A stretch of DNA of 64,000 bases, from assembly GCA_964016885.1 (NCBI GenBank), contig OZ024746.1, forward strand, positions 31,248,001 through 31,312,000, written 5' to 3'. The DNA is from Eledone cirrhosa. Taxonomy: Eukaryota. Shown here in pieces: positions 62,025 through 64,000 of this stretch; the stretch's first letter is position 1, and each line of letters starts with the position of its first letter. The notes beneath the pieces were generated by a model. That model ran no database searches and was not told the DNA's origin. It saw nothing but the letters and a program-made list of their open reading frames with translations. The position numbers and the translations under genes are program-made.

Positions 62025-63552
62025 AACTTACCATTTATCTTCTTACATTTCGCTCCAGCAAACCTGAGATGGATTCTTTGAGACTTAAACCAGATTTACA
62101 CTGATAAACATGTTACTGTTGGACTAACTGGATAATGCATAATACAGACTTAGTATTATTACTCTGTTGTTGTGCTCTTGTTGTTATATATTCGTTGTGT
62201 GATGTTGTTGTTGTTGGTGGTGGCGGTGTTAATGTTGTTAGTAGTGTGATGTTGTTCTTGTTGTTATTATTGTTGCTATTGTTGTTATACGTTGGCGGTG
62301 TGTGTTGATGTTTTAGTTGGTGGTGGTGTTAGTAGCGTGATGCTGTTCTTGTTGTTATTATTGTTGCTATTGTTGTTATACGTTGGCGGTGTGTGTTGAT
62401 GTTTTAGTTGGTGGTGGTGGTGGTGTTAATGTTATTGTTGTTGTTGGTGGTGGTGTTGGTAGTGGTGGTGGTGGTGGGGATGGTGGTGGTGTTAATGATA
62501 GTGGTGGTGTTGTTGATTGTTGTGTTGGTGGTTTTAAGGTTGTGGCTGTTGGTGTTGGTGGGAGGGATGGTGGTGGTGTCAGTGGTGTGTTATGTAGGGT
62601 ACTGACATGGGTTGGACAGGTTGTTACATTCTGAGACTAGACTGGTCAGATGACCCCATTGTACAGTTCAGTTTGGCATTGTACTGGATGCATTTTATTG
62701 TAGCACCAGCACTACTGCTTTGCAGAGTGTATTGAGTGCATTTTATCATGGCATTAGCACTCTACACAAGAGTGTATATATATATATATTTATTTATTTA
62801 TATATATATATTTATATATATATATTTATATATATTTATATATATATATATTTATTTATTTATATATATATCACATAAAATAGATAAAATAGAGAAATGT
62901 TTGACAACTACCATCAGTCATAGCAAAACTTCTATCGCAAAGAAATTAATTTTCTTTTAAATTCTTTTGAAAAAAAAGAAGAAACCCATTAAAATGGAGA
63001 TTAATTCCCAAGAAAAATAAAATTATGTTGAATCCTTTTATTTATTTTTTTTTATCTTTAAACATTGAGTATGAGCTAACTTCCGGTAGCAATCTGTTTT
63101 ATGTAAATAGGACAACGATGATGTCTGAAACTTCCTAAGCTCTGCTTTGCTGTTTGAAATTTATTACAATTGCATGTTATCCAGATTCTATAATGGCAAA
63201 TTTTCTCAAGTCAGAAATTTCCCAGACGTTACAAGTGATTGTCTTTTATTGCTGTTTCCATTCAGCAGTAAATTTACATAATTCAAAAAAAAAAAAAAAA
63301 AAACAGGAAATATGTTTGAAGAACAAAACTACTCTCACATCTCTTGAAGAATTTTATTGGAAACTTCCCGTATTTTTAATCAATATATTTAGTGATGTTT
63401 GTAAGCTATGGTTGTGGACACTGTATGACCAAATGGTTAGGAAATTAACTTTGCAATCATTGGGCCTTAGGTTTAATTCCACACAGGCTGTTCTGTTGAT
63501 TAAACAACTGAAACACTCATCATTGGAATCAATGGACGTCCATTTCTCCCAT

Positions 63553-64000
63553 GGTGTCTTTGACACCATGACAGTGTGTCCATGACGTCAGAGTGTCTTT
63601 GACACCATGACAGTGTGTCCATGATGTCAGAGTGTCTTTGACACCATGACAGTGTGTTGATGATGTCAGAGTGTCTTTGACACCATGACAGTGTGTCCAT
63701 GATGTCAGAGTGTCTTTGACACCATGACAGTGTGTTGATGATGTCAGAGTGTCTTTGACACCATGACAGTATGTCAATGATGTCAGAGTGTCTTTAACAC
63801 CATGGGAGTGTGTCCATGATTTTGGAGTGTATTTCACACTGTGTGAGTGTGTCCATGATGTCAGAGCGTCTTTGACACCATGGGAGTGTGTCGATGATGT
63901 CAGAGTGTCTTTGTCACTGTGGGAGTATGTCCATGATGACGGAGTGTATTTCACACTATGCGAGTGTCTCCATGGTGTAAGAGTTTCTTTGACGCCAGGA
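63553..64000. repeat. 39-bp tandem satellite, decaying rightwards
   Basis: GACACCATGACAGTGTGTCCATGATGTCAGAGTGTCTTT, starts at 63562, 63601, 63640. Confidence 0.93.

Overview
AT-rich, repeat-saturated animal (metazoan) DNA with no confidently identifiable host gene. The repeat complement (huge TA/TACA microsatellites, tRNA-derived SINEs, RTE-tailed SINEs, TTAA MITEs, RTE/CR1 LINEs, mariner relics) is what I would expect from a cephalopod such as Octopus; this is inference. Nearly all long ORFs in the track are microsatellite translation artefacts. The one genuine intact ORF (9340-11511) is a CR1-type reverse transcriptase without an endonuclease. It sits inside an ~11 kb (TA)n array and is bracketed by a perfect 19-bp inverted repeat made of its own 3' tail. 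A similar 'two 3' ends pointing outward, each ending in (TA)n' layout recurs four more times (13.6, 28.1, 34.5-34.9 and 35.0-35.4 kb). There it is built from short non-coding units carrying minimal hammerhead-ribozyme folds of the Penelope-like type, two of them with a compensatory U3-A8 core. Together these suggest double-ended retrotransposon priming at (TA)n breaks. All folds and alignments were done by eye.
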